From positions 1 to 64,000 of the IMG/VR virus record IMGVR_UViG_3300030060_003575: a stretch of DNA of 64,000 nucleotides; one strand, 5' to 3'. Positions 1-11,041 of the stretch are shown here, piece after piece. The position numbers and the translations under genes are program-made. The notes beneath the pieces were generated by a model. It was not told the DNA's origin. It ran no database searches and saw only the letters and a program-made list of their open reading frames with translations. Within the stretch, counting starts at the first letter, position 1; each line of letters starts with the position of its first letter. This DNA is from a virus.

Positions 1-34
1 CGGTAACTTAACAAGCGGATACAAAAATCACGTT

Positions 35-721
35 ATGCTAGAATTAGCAAGACGTTCAGCAAATGGTTCTGAAAGCGGAGCCTTTGAACAGAATAGAATA
101 GGATTGCTTTGTCAACAATTAGATATAAGTACAAATAAACAAACCCTGCCTGTACCTGTCCCGTTCTCTGGTGTTATATCTGGTGAAGCAACTACTATTG
201 CTCTTGATGCTGGAATGGCTTCTAAGACAATTAGTTTAAGCGGTATTATATTAGACCAAGAAATAAAGAAGAAAAACGCACATAATTCAGAAGTTACTAA
301 AACATTAACAGCATTTGAGATAGGACAACTTATACATTCCTATGTTGATTCTTCTTTCTTACACGAAGACCAGAACTTATCTAAGTTAATCGTCTTGATG
401 CCTAGCCGTGTAGACACAGACTTTGATTATTATAGCGGGGTTACTTCAGATACTCCTTTACAAGAATGCCCTCTAGTGCCTTTTACTTGGGCTAATCGTG
501 ATTATGATATACCACAAACAAAATCAGGCACAAAACTATCCTTTGGTGGAACGCCTTGGCCTGATATTATAACTTCAACAGATGAAATACCCGGCATTAC
601 TGGTTTTATAAACGACTTCTCATGTTCATTTACTGGTGCAGAACTACCTGCTATTACCTTTAGTATGACATTCACACAAGCATCAACAGCAATATCAGAC
701 TTTATTAATGCAGGATTTTAG
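35..721 (+). CDS. putative tail-associated structural protein
   Basis: 228-aa ORF at the head of a co-oriented run of tail genes; function from context only. Confidence 0.5.
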   Translation: MLELARRSANGSESGAFEQNRIGLLCQQLDISTNKQTLPVPVPFSGVISGEATTIALDAGMASKTISLSGIILDQEIKKKNAHNSEVTKTLTAFEIGQLIHSYVDSSFLHEDQNLSKLIVLMPSRVDTDFDYYSGVTSDTPLQECPLVPFTWANRDYDIPQTKSGTKLSFGGTPWPDIITSTDEIPGITGFINDFSCSFTGAELPAITFSMTFTQASTAISDFINAGF

Positions 722-729
722 GTGACAAT

Positions 730-3405
730 ATGCCCGGAGTTTACGTGGGGGAAACAAAGGCATTAGTTTTTCCTATGTTATGTGATGGTTATCTAAAACA
801 AACCTATGCTGATTATAACATAGCAGCCTCGGAAGTAGACACTAGAGGCGGCCCTTGGGGTTTAGAATCATTTACTTTAGAAGCCATAATAACTCCTTAT
901 GATGTAAATGGTTATGGTAGTTGGACTCCATCTGATAGAGGTAATTTAAACTCAGTAAGAACTCCACCGAGTTTAGGAGATAGTACATCTAATCCAGAAA
1001 CATATCAGAGTTATGATTATTTTACTACTAATAGATTATCACATAAGATGATGATTTATTACAATGCTAAATTTCAATTGTATCTAGAGAATCAAGCAGC
1101 GTCTAATTACAATAGACCTGCGGAATATAGATTAGTTGCAGAGTTTGCAGACGGTTCTGACAACGTAACATCTGATGTATTATTAACTGGTACTAATAGA
1201 TTAAATAACTATTCAGATTCTGCAAGTTATTATACTGGTTCATCTAGTACACTAAGACAGATTACAACAAATGCTCAGAATGCTTTACCATATAACACAT
1301 TATCTATTGATAGTACAAGTTGGGGAAATCAATTAGATGTTTTAGCAGCAACGGCCACTGGTAGTGTTAGTATTACAGGTACACCACAATCATATTTTCC
1401 TGCTCAAAATGCTACTACTTTGATAAGTGCCAATAATAATAATTTCAGTGTTGATACTTTAGCAACAGCAGGTACAGGTTCAATTAAATTTGGTGCTAAT
1501 CCAGATTCTACTACAAGTTCGGATGTAAATGAGTATATTGAAGTTGTAAGTGAAAATGGAAATACTACAACTAAATGGTATGCTGTGGCAGGTGCTATTA
1601 ATGGACAGCCTTTAGCAAGTTCTGGTTATCCAGCAGGCTCAAGGGCTTATGATAGAAAAAGCACTGCTGAAGCAAGTCTTACTGCATTTGTTGATGCTGT
1701 TACTACGGTTAGTGCTAGTTGGGCTGGAACAGTTACAGGAGGTACAGACCCATTAGATACATCAGTAGGAGCACCGTCTATTGTTGCTACTTTTGTAGCA
1801 CATATAAATAACCCTACTGGTGGTAGTCTTTCAAAGGGTTCTGCTATGCCTCTTGGTATAGGAATAAATCAAATGGCTGGTGGTGTAGCAGCAAATGTTG
1901 TAACACATAATTACATTACTATTACAACTGGTGGTGATGCTAAAAAATACCATCCTTATCCAAGTGCTTCTACTGTAGTCATTGGTACTCCTGTTAGTAG
2001 AAATGATGGTAATGAAACTATAACAGTATATCCCTTCAAAAAACAAAGCAATGCAACAAATACATTACAATCGTTAATGGCAGCCATAAATCATAGCAAT
2101 GGAAATACACAAGTTACTGCCACTCTTGGTAATGGTTCTCCCGTCAATATAGTATTAACTGTTGATGCGGCAGGTACAACAGGTAATAATTATACTGTAA
2201 CTAACACAAATATGAGTCATGTAAATGTAAGCAATTTTTCGGGTGGAGAGGCTGCTAATGAGCCTTCAACTAAGGCTATTCAATTGGTTGATAGTGATGG
2301 AACAACCACTAAATTTTTAGCGGCTCATGCAACTAAATCTAGTAATCTAACTGGTTCTACTATTACCTTTGGAAGCCCATCTGTAACTTATGTTCTTTAT
2401 CGTCTTCCTAGTGGTGGTGGTTCTAATAGGGCTAATTTTGCAGCAGCCGTTAATAGTGTAAGTGCTTTAGATATAACAGCGTCAAATGATGGTAGTGACC
2501 AGCATAAAGTTAACTTAACACAAGGAACATCAGGTGCTGCGGGAAATACTACTATTACAGAAGACCTTGGTGTTGTTACTAAAGTAGACTTTACAGGCGG
2601 TGTTACTGCTGCTACTCCTGATGAATATATACAAATAATTAGTGCCGATGGAGCAGTAACTGTTAAATTTAAAGCATCGAATTTACCATCTCAATCTACA
2701 GGTTCTACTGGTAGTGGATATACTTATTTTCAGATAGGTGCTAATACAACACAGTCTGCTTCTAATTTAATAAGTGCTATTAATGCAAGTGATTTGAATT
2801 CTAAACTAACTGCATCAAGCCCAAGTAGTAATCACGTAGTAAAAATACAAATTGCTACTGCTGGTAGTAGTCAATCAACCACAGATACATATAGCAATGT
2901 TACTACAGACAATACTTGGAGTAGCGATTCAAATCAAAAAATTATAACTGGTCTTACAACTACGAGTCTAGGTGCAGGTGAAGAAATATATAACTCATCT
3001 AATCAATTAATAGGTACAGTTGCTACTAGAGATAGTGCTACACAAATCACATTAGCAGCAAACCCTGCTGCTACAGTAGGTTCTACCCTATATGCTTCAC
3101 AACCTAGGGAAGCCCTATATTTAGAAAATATATACAAGATTTCTTGTGTGGTTGTCGGTGACGGAACTATAAAATTATTCATAAATAACCAATTAGTTAA
3201 AGAACAAAAGATAACATTTACTCCAAGATTTAAATTTGATGCAACTGATTGTTTTATTGGTCAAAACGGAACTAACAAAAATACACAGTTTTTCGGAGAA
3301 CTATATGAGATGGCTATGTATACAAGATTGGAACCTACACTTAACTATCATACTCTTAATCCGGGATACTCTGATATGATTTTTTACTATAGGTGGGATG
3401 AGTAA
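730..3405 (+). CDS. virion protein with LamG/concanavalin-A-like domain interrupted by Thr/Ser/Gly-rich repeats
   Basis: GGTGA RBS at 721; N-terminal SFTLEAIITP and C-terminal IKLFINNQLV...FIGQN...FFGELYEMAMY are LamG-type strands. Confidence 0.6.
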   Translation: MPGVYVGETKALVFPMLCDGYLKQTYADYNIAASEVDTRGGPWGLESFTLEAIITPYDVNGYGSWTPSDRGNLNSVRTPPSLGDSTSNPETYQSYDYFTTNRLSHKMMIYYNAKFQLYLENQAASNYNRPAEYRLVAEFADGSDNVTSDVLLTGTNRLNNYSDSASYYTGSSSTLRQITTNAQNALPYNTLSIDSTSWGNQLDVLAATATGSVSITGTPQSYFPAQNATTLISANNNNFSVDTLATAGTGSIKFGANPDSTTSSDVNEYIEVVSENGNTTTKWYAVAGAINGQPLASSGYPAGSRAYDRKSTAEASLTAFVDAVTTVSASWAGTVTGGTDPLDTSVGAPSIVATFVAHINNPTGGSLSKGSAMPLGIGINQMAGGVAANVVTHNYITITTGGDAKKYHPYPSASTVVIGTPVSRNDGNETITVYPFKKQSNATNTLQSLMAAINHSNGNTQVTATLGNGSPVNIVLTVDAAGTTGNNYTVTNTNMSHVNVSNFSGGEAANEPSTKAIQLVDSDGTTTKFLAAHATKSSNLTGSTITFGSPSVTYVLYRLPSGGGSNRANFAAAVNSVSALDITASNDGSDQHKVNLTQGTSGAAGNTTITEDLGVVTKVDFTGGVTAATPDEYIQIISADGAVTVKFKASNLPSQSTGSTGSGYTYFQIGANTTQSASNLISAINASDLNSKLTASSPSSNHVVKIQIATAGSSQSTTDTYSNVTTDNTWSSDSNQKIITGLTTTSLGAGEEIYNSSNQLIGTVATRDSATQITLAANPAATVGSTLYASQPREALYLENIYKISCVVVGDGTIKLFINNQLVKEQKITFTPRFKFDATDCFIGQNGTNKNTQFFGELYEMAMYTRLEPTLNYHTLNPGYSDMIFYYRWDE

Positions 3406-6400
3406 TGACGGAAAATTATTACTATGTTTTAAACACAGGTAAAACTCAAAGTCAGGCCTTGAATTATACATATGCTCAAAGAGGAAACCCGTTTCCAACA
3501 ATTGCTTTTTACGAAACACCAGTCAATCCTATTATAAAAAACCCAGGAATTCCTTCTAGTGGAAACTTTGCGGGTGTAAACAATGTATCTGCTAATTTCT
3601 TTGAGATTAGAAAGGCACCTTTTGATTTAAATTCTAGTGGAGTTGTTGTGAATAGTGAACCGATGATTTCAGGTAATTCAGATACAGGGTTGGTAAATAG
3701 AATACACCCGGCAGGATATTCTGATACTTCTACAGACCCTAATCATATAACCCAACACGCCTCTAATTTACAAGACACTTCATCAAATAGAATCAGATTA
3801 AAGGATTCAGTCTCAGGTACATCTGCTGTTGGTAGTGCTGGGTTAGGGATGGATTTAGAAACCTATGATTATTTTATTCTTATCAATCCTGAGATAACTG
3901 GTAATGATGGAACAGTATCAATTAGACCTCACTTTGCAAAGGTAACTAAAATAATACAGTTTGATAATCATGGGGATGGTATAGAATTCTCACCAAAATA
4001 TTCAGACTCAATACCTAAAGATACAAAATTTGAACTTTACGTTGGGCCGCATGTTAACAATACAAATGTTGTAGCAGTATCTTATGGTTTAAGAGGAAAT
4101 TCCTCCTCTTCCTCCTCGATTATATCTGATAAGTATGATGTTAGTAATGTAGTAAGTAGACCGACATGGTACTTTTATGAAGATAGATTAGATGAAAAAG
4201 ACCAATTAAACTACAATACAAAATATCAATTAACAAGTTGTAGGTTTTATAAAAACTGGACTTCGTTTGGGGGTACAGCCAGTCAAACATCAGATGGCAT
4301 ATATCATAGTACAACTACAATTAACACCACAGTATTATCTAACACGTCATATCAAGGCCACACAATATGGGCAGAAGTAAGTGGTGTTAAAAGAAACTTA
4401 GGAAACCTAGTAACTGCCCATGCTAACTCACCAACATTAGATGATATTAAGTTTGATATTCCTACTGCAACAGAAGTAACAGGAGGGGCTACTGCCCCGA
4501 CATTATATTATGGTAGAGATGTAGTACAAAGTGTATTTCTAACTGAACCTGATTTTGGTACTATTATTACAGATGTTGGGCCTAAGAATTTAGATGCTAC
4601 ATTGGTAGATAACATTAAGGAAAAAGACAGAACTAAGTATGACTATGATACTAATAGCACTTTTACTCCTGACCCTTCTGCATGGAGTATGATAGTTAGA
4701 AACGCACAAAGAAACTCAAATGATAGAATGTCAACTCATAGTAGTTGGTCTAATAATACAAACTATACACATGTTCATGCTGATTTAAATGGGCCAGTTC
4801 GACATCTTCATTACAAAGACGCACATCTAAAAAATAACGTGTTAACTTCTGTTATAGATACTTCGGTAAATTATCCTAGAAATAAGGCTACACAAGTAGC
4901 AAGAGTAAAAACACTAGACCAATCAGGAGTTCAATTCTTAAAGATGAAAGAGAGGGATAAATTTAGAATAAGAAACTCTATTTTTAGTGGGCAATTAGGA
5001 GAATATAAACTACCTTACACTGTAACAAGTAATTCAGCATCAGGATATAAGATAATACTAAACCAGATACCAGAAGGATTTGATTGTAGAAATGATTCTA
5101 TGATTAAAACAACTGACTCAATTAGAGTAGGGACTAATTACTATATTATCTCATCAATCGCTGCACCAGATACATCTGCTAGAACACAAACTCTTACTGT
5201 GAATAAGGTAAGAAGTGGGACTAGTGCTACATATTCTAGTATGACTTCTATGGAATCATTTGATAAAGCAGATGCTTATTTATTTAGTTGGAATGGGGCG
5301 TTAGTTTCTAACACACCCATAGATACAGAAGTAATATATGCATCGAATAACTTTAAGAGATTAACTATGAATGGTAATACAGTTAGTAAAGAATCAACCA
5401 CTATATACAACAATAAGTTGGTTTTATTATCTGGTGAATTTATAGGTTTAGATATTCCAATTGATTATGGTGATTCACAACATAAGTATTTAAAGTTACA
5501 AGATGCTAATAAAGAGTTTTACATACCCACAGGTACAACAGCAGTAAATAAACCATCCTTCATGCATTATGTTTCTGGTGGATATGCAGTAGATGAAGAA
5601 ATATTCTCAGGTCATGTAGAAGATAGTTTGTCTAAAAATGAAAGGGGGCTAGTCACTTATGAAATCACAGGTAGAGATAAGATGGCTAAATTGTTAAACA
5701 ATACTGTCAATAAAAATCTAAACTATTCAAATGATATAATTTACTCTTCATTAAACCCAATGTTTAATCTATCAGAAACAATCAGTATTGCTGTTAGTGG
5801 TATGTTTCTTGCCGGGGCTACAACCTTTACTAGCACAGATGCCTCTAATTTAGCAAAGTATGATTTAATTTTTAGAGTAGATATGACATTTGTGGGAGAA
5901 GTAGAGGGAGTTTCTGGTAATACAGTAACACTGCGCGATAAAGCCTTAGCAGGTAATGGTTCATCTGGCACATCAGTTAAAGCAATTAGTTTAACTAATG
6001 CCACTTCTAATAAGTTTACTCAAAGCCTGACTAAAGCACTAGCAGTTAACCCATTAGCAACTTCTAACGCTACAGATTTAGTCTCCGCAAGTGATAAGGG
6101 TCTTGTCTTTATTGATGGAGAAGAACTAACGTATGATGCCAGCAGAAACCAATCTACAGTCTCTTTGCCTTATACTTCTGCAACAGGTAAATATAGAGAA
6201 GATACTTCATTAGGTTATCATATATCTGGAGTAAAAAGTTTGAAGAGTAAAGACTCTAAGTTTGCATTCAAACTAGGTAATGAAGATACACCAACACCAA
6301 CAGAATCCAGTAAACTTATACCTTCATCTCATAATTATTATTCTATTGTAAATAAAACTGAGAAAGAAGGAGAGGCCACTACCTTAACTTTAGCACCAAC

Positions 6401-9400
6401 TATGCCAATTGTATTAGCAAGTGTTGAAACAAATTCGTCTGATACTAGATTTACCGATAGTAATTCCTATTTATATTTCTTAAACAATAATATACCAAAG
6501 GCAGGGTTCTTACATAGGTTGAGAAGTAAACATGAAGGATACAACTATACGTCTTCTGCTATTTTCAAATACCAAGATTTACAAACCTTTACACCGGGAA
6601 GTTTAACACAGACATCTACTGGTTCTATCTATAATGATTTAGGTAATATTAGTGTATCTGGTGCCGCACCATCTTATAATATTAGGCCTGATGGAGCATC
6701 ATTAGCACCTACATTAACAAATAATACCGACCCTATAGAGGGTAGTAATATAGTTGATTCAGATTACAATGCACACTATCAGGCGGTTATAGGTAACTAC
6801 TTGTATAAACTTTCAGACAATACTGCTTTAACCCCACCAAAGAATCAAGTAACAGGTCTAGTAATAGAAGAGACAGTTAATTATGGAAACGTACAAATTA
6901 ATACTTGGGGTACTGCTGGTGGTAGTGCTGCTACAACCACAGATTCAGTTAGTAAACTACAGAATAAAGATACTAGAGTTAAAAATTATGAACTAATGGC
7001 ATTGGGTGATATATATCCAGAATCTAAATTAAGACATAATCATCTAGGTTTTTCAAGTAAAAGCATGTCTACTTATGGGATGTTATTAGAATCACCCGCA
7101 CAAGAAGGTGATGCAGTAGACCACGCTAATTATGTAGGCTCAAGTAGTGAGTTATTGATGAAAGAAAGTAATTATCAAACAGGGCAGATTTCATCAAGTT
7201 CTATTAATACTGATGGGATAAAAAGGTGGGGTGTAATGCGATTAGTAGAAGCAACATATGATTGGCACTTTAATCCTGTTGATGCTGAAAATATGCCAGC
7301 CACCAGTAAAATACCAGAAATTCCAAATTTTGATTATCAAAGATTTAAAACACCAACAGAACCAGATACAAGCAATGTTACTTTCTGTGATGTAGATTAT
7401 GATGAAGGAACAATACAGTTTAAAACCTCAACAGCCGCAAGTGGTAACAATAAAAGTATTACTGTTCAACCTAATGATATGTTATACGGCGCAGCATCAG
7501 GGTTCTTAATAGCAGTCTATAAAGGCACATCAGCAGTTACATTACACGGTTCTTCGGATAGTAGTAATTGGACAAGCGGTGACTGGTTATTACTAAATGA
7601 GGGTAGTAACGCTAAAGTATATATTTTAAGACAAGAATATAAAGTGTCTACTTCTTCACCAACAACCACTCTTCATCAACTACCGGGTCTTATGCCATTT
7701 AATCTATATGCCACAACAAATGATGGGTTTGACAATCTTGCAGAAAACCCAATCAAGTTTACAAATGTAATACTAGCAAGAGAGCCAATTGACAAAGGAT
7801 ACTTTGATTATAGTATCTTAGAAGGTGATAGCAATAATATCCTAGACCCGCAAAATGTTTTCATACCACTTGTTTCTGGTGTCAAAAGAAACCACGATGA
7901 TACAGATAAAAAATATTATGCTATTTCTGCATTCCACGATACAGAACAATGGGAAAACCTAAGAGCAAATTGGAATAGTTTTACACCTCCTAATTATCAT
8001 CATACTTCTAGAGTCTTAAGCGCATTGTGTTTAGAAACATTTGATAGTGGAGCAGATGAAACTAATCAGGCAAACAAGATTCAAAATTTCCTAATGGGTA
8101 CTGGTCATTTATATGACAACTGTACTGCGGTGTTTAAGGATATTAAGAACAGTTTCTCTGGACAAAACTATGATTTGTCTGTTGTTAGTGCTCCATTAGA
8201 TTGTCCTACTAATGCTGAATATAATGCATATGATGACCACCCAGCAAACTCAGAAGTTGACCAACACGGCCCTAACATTATGATAAAGAGAAAGGGAAAA
8301 AATGCATCGTTTGTTGGTACCAGAACTAAGCAAAGAATTTTAGTAGATGAAGAAGGTAGAGAATCCCCAAGTAGGGCTTCACATCACCAAGCAAATCAAG
8401 CAGATTCTGGAGAAATGTTTAGTGCTCAAATGTTTGTTAAGCCAGGTTTTAACTTAACAGGATTATCTACAAATACACTAGGAACATTAGGAGTACAACG
8501 TAACTCTACTTCAGACGTATTGACTTTTCAAATGAATGATGCATCTACACACAATTGGTTATCATTTGCAAATAATCTAGAAGGGTATTATATTGTGAGT
8601 AATAAGACAGAGACTGGACAATTACCAAATGGTATAGAGACAACGCTTAATGAAGGGTCTCTTACTGCTTCTGATACTACTATTACATTAACTTCTACTG
8701 CTCATCTACCAAGTTCAGGAACAATTAAAATGTTAGGTAGTTTTGCATATAGTAGTAGCACTAAAACAAACGAGTGGGAAATTATAACATATACTGGTAT
8801 TAGTGGTAATAATTTAACAGGATGCACTAGAAATGCAGATGATAGAACACAAGTTTCTGGAAACCAAGTTCATACAATTACTTGGACTCATCCAAATGGG
8901 AGTGCAGTTGTTCTAATATCTGGTTCTGATAAAACGGGTGCTCCCACATATATTGGTAGAATTACAAGTCATGCTGTAAGTGCTGGAACTGATGCTGGTT
9001 CTGGTAGTGATTCAAGGTCACAGCACATCTTAAGTTTAGATAATGCAATCAATATAACTACTCATGGAACAAGTTATAGACTTATGAGAATAGCAGAAAA
9101 AACCTTTGATGAGACTCCAGACTATATTGATTTGAATACTATGTTTGATACTGGACTACAATATGATGTTGAAACTTCTAATCTATTAACTGGTGATACA
9201 GGTATTGCAAACGCATACAGTGAAAATATATACTCAATGTATATCCCTCTTGATATAGATACTGCTGATTCTGGTAATTCAAATAAGTCATTTAATTATA
9301 TAGATAGAAGAGATATTGAAAATACTATATCATTATTTACAAACGGGCAGACTTATGATTGTTATGTAACAGATGGTAATACCACAACCCATGTTCCTAT

Positions 9401-10667
9401 AACTGCTAGTATAACAGGTACTGAAAGAGTTAGGTTAAAGTATAGTGGAAAACTAACAGGTAACGGTGTAGTGTCTTTTGGAGAAACATTCACAATAGAA
9501 ACTAACACACCAGTAAAGGGTGACCCACATAGGTTGTATTTAGGAACGACTGTATCTTTGGGAACAGATGCAAGTGTCGCTATAGATAATTTATTGACTG
9601 AAAACTCATTGGAATTAGATGAAGCAGTCAAAAACTTAAACTATACAGGAAACATAGTAGCAAGTGTTAGTAACGCAACAATTACACTATCTGCTAATGC
9701 TGTCGGGTTATCGCCTAATGATTATATCTATAACCAAGATGGAAAGTTTATAGGACAAATAGCGTCAATAAGTAATGCAAATGTAGTTATAAATAGTATG
9801 GATGGAGATGGTACTTATGATATGTTCTTTGTACCTGCTGCTGAAGATGAAATAGTTACGTATTCTAAAAAACCATTTATATTAAATACAAACTTTACAG
9901 AAAGCACAGTATTCGATGCACTAAACTTCTTAGCAAACAAATCAGGTTTAGAATTTACATTAGTAAATGAAAAGATAATACTACAAGACATTAACAATTA
10001 TGATAGTAAAAGAAGATTTGTTTTAGGCTACAGTGAAGGAAATAATCTAATAGAAGTAGAAAGCAATGAAAGCCTATTCGATGCTGCTAATAGAGTAGTA
10101 GTAATAGGTGATAATGTGAAAGCAACTGTAGATATTTCTGATGAAGAAGACCCTATTGTTTTAACATATGTTGATGGAAACATCAAACATGCTACAGAAG
10201 CAAAGGTTAAAGCAGAGCAATTGTTAGAAATACACAATCAGCCTGCTAGAAAAATAGTTTTAAAAATGCAAATGAAAGGATTTGAATTGATGAAGCCAGG
10301 TGATTTAATAACTCTAAATTTGAAATCTCATAATATACCTGCTAATGAATATATTGTTTATGAAATAGGAAACGCTATGGCAGGAATAACAGAAGTGACA
10401 GTAGGTACTTATAATAAAACTATAGCAGAAAGACTTACAGAGATACATTCAAATCAAAGGAGAGAAAGTATCAATGTTTTAACAACTAATACCGTTGTAG
10501 AATTAACAACAAAGGTAGCAAGAGATTTTGCAAACATAAAAGAACAATCACTTTCATATACTATAACCACCCCTGCTGGTTCAGTCATAGGCTACTCCAC
10601 AAATATAAATTACACAAACACGTTAGGTGGAGATGAAACGGTGGAAACAACGGAGTTAGAAGTATGA
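3405..10667 (+). CDS. large tail/baseplate hub-like protein (2420 aa)
   Basis: C-terminal NRVVVIGD...AEQLLE...MKPGDLITL resembles phage tail-hub proteins; translationally coupled to neighbours. Confidence 0.6.
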   Translation: MTENYYYVLNTGKTQSQALNYTYAQRGNPFPTIAFYETPVNPIIKNPGIPSSGNFAGVNNVSANFFEIRKAPFDLNSSGVVVNSEPMISGNSDTGLVNRIHPAGYSDTSTDPNHITQHASNLQDTSSNRIRLKDSVSGTSAVGSAGLGMDLETYDYFILINPEITGNDGTVSIRPHFAKVTKIIQFDNHGDGIEFSPKYSDSIPKDTKFELYVGPHVNNTNVVAVSYGLRGNSSSSSSIISDKYDVSNVVSRPTWYFYEDRLDEKDQLNYNTKYQLTSCRFYKNWTSFGGTASQTSDGIYHSTTTINTTVLSNTSYQGHTIWAEVSGVKRNLGNLVTAHANSPTLDDIKFDIPTATEVTGGATAPTLYYGRDVVQSVFLTEPDFGTIITDVGPKNLDATLVDNIKEKDRTKYDYDTNSTFTPDPSAWSMIVRNAQRNSNDRMSTHSSWSNNTNYTHVHADLNGPVRHLHYKDAHLKNNVLTSVIDTSVNYPRNKATQVARVKTLDQSGVQFLKMKERDKFRIRNSIFSGQLGEYKLPYTVTSNSASGYKIILNQIPEGFDCRNDSMIKTTDSIRVGTNYYIISSIAAPDTSARTQTLTVNKVRSGTSATYSSMTSMESFDKADAYLFSWNGALVSNTPIDTEVIYASNNFKRLTMNGNTVSKESTTIYNNKLVLLSGEFIGLDIPIDYGDSQHKYLKLQDANKEFYIPTGTTAVNKPSFMHYVSGGYAVDEEIFSGHVEDSLSKNERGLVTYEITGRDKMAKLLNNTVNKNLNYSNDIIYSSLNPMFNLSETISIAVSGMFLAGATTFTSTDASNLAKYDLIFRVDMTFVGEVEGVSGNTVTLRDKALAGNGSSGTSVKAISLTNATSNKFTQSLTKALAVNPLATSNATDLVSASDKGLVFIDGEELTYDASRNQSTVSLPYTSATGKYREDTSLGYHISGVKSLKSKDSKFAFKLGNEDTPTPTESSKLIPSSHNYYSIVNKTEKEGEATTLTLAPTMPIVLASVETNSSDTRFTDSNSYLYFLNNNIPKAGFLHRLRSKHEGYNYTSSAIFKYQDLQTFTPGSLTQTSTGSIYNDLGNISVSGAAPSYNIRPDGASLAPTLTNNTDPIEGSNIVDSDYNAHYQAVIGNYLYKLSDNTALTPPKNQVTGLVIEETVNYGNVQINTWGTAGGSAATTTDSVSKLQNKDTRVKNYELMALGDIYPESKLRHNHLGFSSKSMSTYGMLLESPAQEGDAVDHANYVGSSSELLMKESNYQTGQISSSSINTDGIKRWGVMRLVEATYDWHFNPVDAENMPATSKIPEIPNFDYQRFKTPTEPDTSNVTFCDVDYDEGTIQFKTSTAASGNNKSITVQPNDMLYGAASGFLIAVYKGTSAVTLHGSSDSSNWTSGDWLLLNEGSNAKVYILRQEYKVSTSSPTTTLHQLPGLMPFNLYATTNDGFDNLAENPIKFTNVILAREPIDKGYFDYSILEGDSNNILDPQNVFIPLVSGVKRNHDDTDKKYYAISAFHDTEQWENLRANWNSFTPPNYHHTSRVLSALCLETFDSGADETNQANKIQNFLMGTGHLYDNCTAVFKDIKNSFSGQNYDLSVVSAPLDCPTNAEYNAYDDHPANSEVDQHGPNIMIKRKGKNASFVGTRTKQRILVDEEGRESPSRASHHQANQADSGEMFSAQMFVKPGFNLTGLSTNTLGTLGVQRNSTSDVLTFQMNDASTHNWLSFANNLEGYYIVSNKTETGQLPNGIETTLNEGSLTASDTTITLTSTAHLPSSGTIKMLGSFAYSSSTKTNEWEIITYTGISGNNLTGCTRNADDRTQVSGNQVHTITWTHPNGSAVVLISGSDKTGAPTYIGRITSHAVSAGTDAGSGSDSRSQHILSLDNAINITTHGTSYRLMRIAEKTFDETPDYIDLNTMFDTGLQYDVETSNLLTGDTGIANAYSENIYSMYIPLDIDTADSGNSNKSFNYIDRRDIENTISLFTNGQTYDCYVTDGNTTTHVPITASITGTERVRLKYSGKLTGNGVVSFGETFTIETNTPVKGDPHRLYLGTTVSLGTDASVAIDNLLTENSLELDEAVKNLNYTGNIVASVSNATITLSANAVGLSPNDYIYNQDGKFIGQIASISNANVVINSMDGDGTYDMFFVPAAEDEIVTYSKKPFILNTNFTESTVFDALNFLANKSGLEFTLVNEKIILQDINNYDSKRRFVLGYSEGNNLIEVESNESLFDAANRVVVIGDNVKATVDISDEEDPIVLTYVDGNIKHATEAKVKAEQLLEIHNQPARKIVLKMQMKGFELMKPGDLITLNLKSHNIPANEYIVYEIGNAMAGITEVTVGTYNKTIAERLTEIHSNQRRESINVLTTNTVVELTTKVARDFANIKEQSLSYTITTPAGSVIGYSTNINYTNTLGGDETVETTELEV

Positions 10668-11041
10668 TAGTAGATAGTGGCAAAAAGGCAGTATTAGATT
10701 TAGCGATAGCGGCTAATCAGTTTAGATATTTAGATTTTGGAGATGGGCAGGATGATACATCTACCTCAGAAACTGTATTAAATAGAAGTATTCTTACTGC
10801 TTCCGGCTCAACCACAATCTCAGATGGTAGTTACAAAAGGCTCATATCCCCTACAAGAGTGGGTAATACTCTAATATATGAAATCACACTATCTGGTTCT
10901 GAACTGGCTTCTAATGTCATAACCGAAATAGGAGTCTTTAATAACGCAGGAACTATGTTATCCCGCGTGAACTTTAAACCCATTGGCCCCCTCGCCTCTA
11001 ATGAAACAATTAGTTTCACCTTTCGATTGGAGATGGCATAA
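10664..11041 (+). CDS. tail-fibre attachment/collar-like protein
   Basis: ITEIGVFNNAGTMLSR motif typical of tail-collar/fibre N-terminal domains; directly precedes the fibre gene. Confidence 0.6.
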   Translation: MIVDSGKKAVLDLAIAANQFRYLDFGDGQDDTSTSETVLNRSILTASGSTTISDGSYKRLISPTRVGNTLIYEITLSGSELASNVITEIGVFNNAGTMLSRVNFKPIGPLASNETISFTFRLEMA

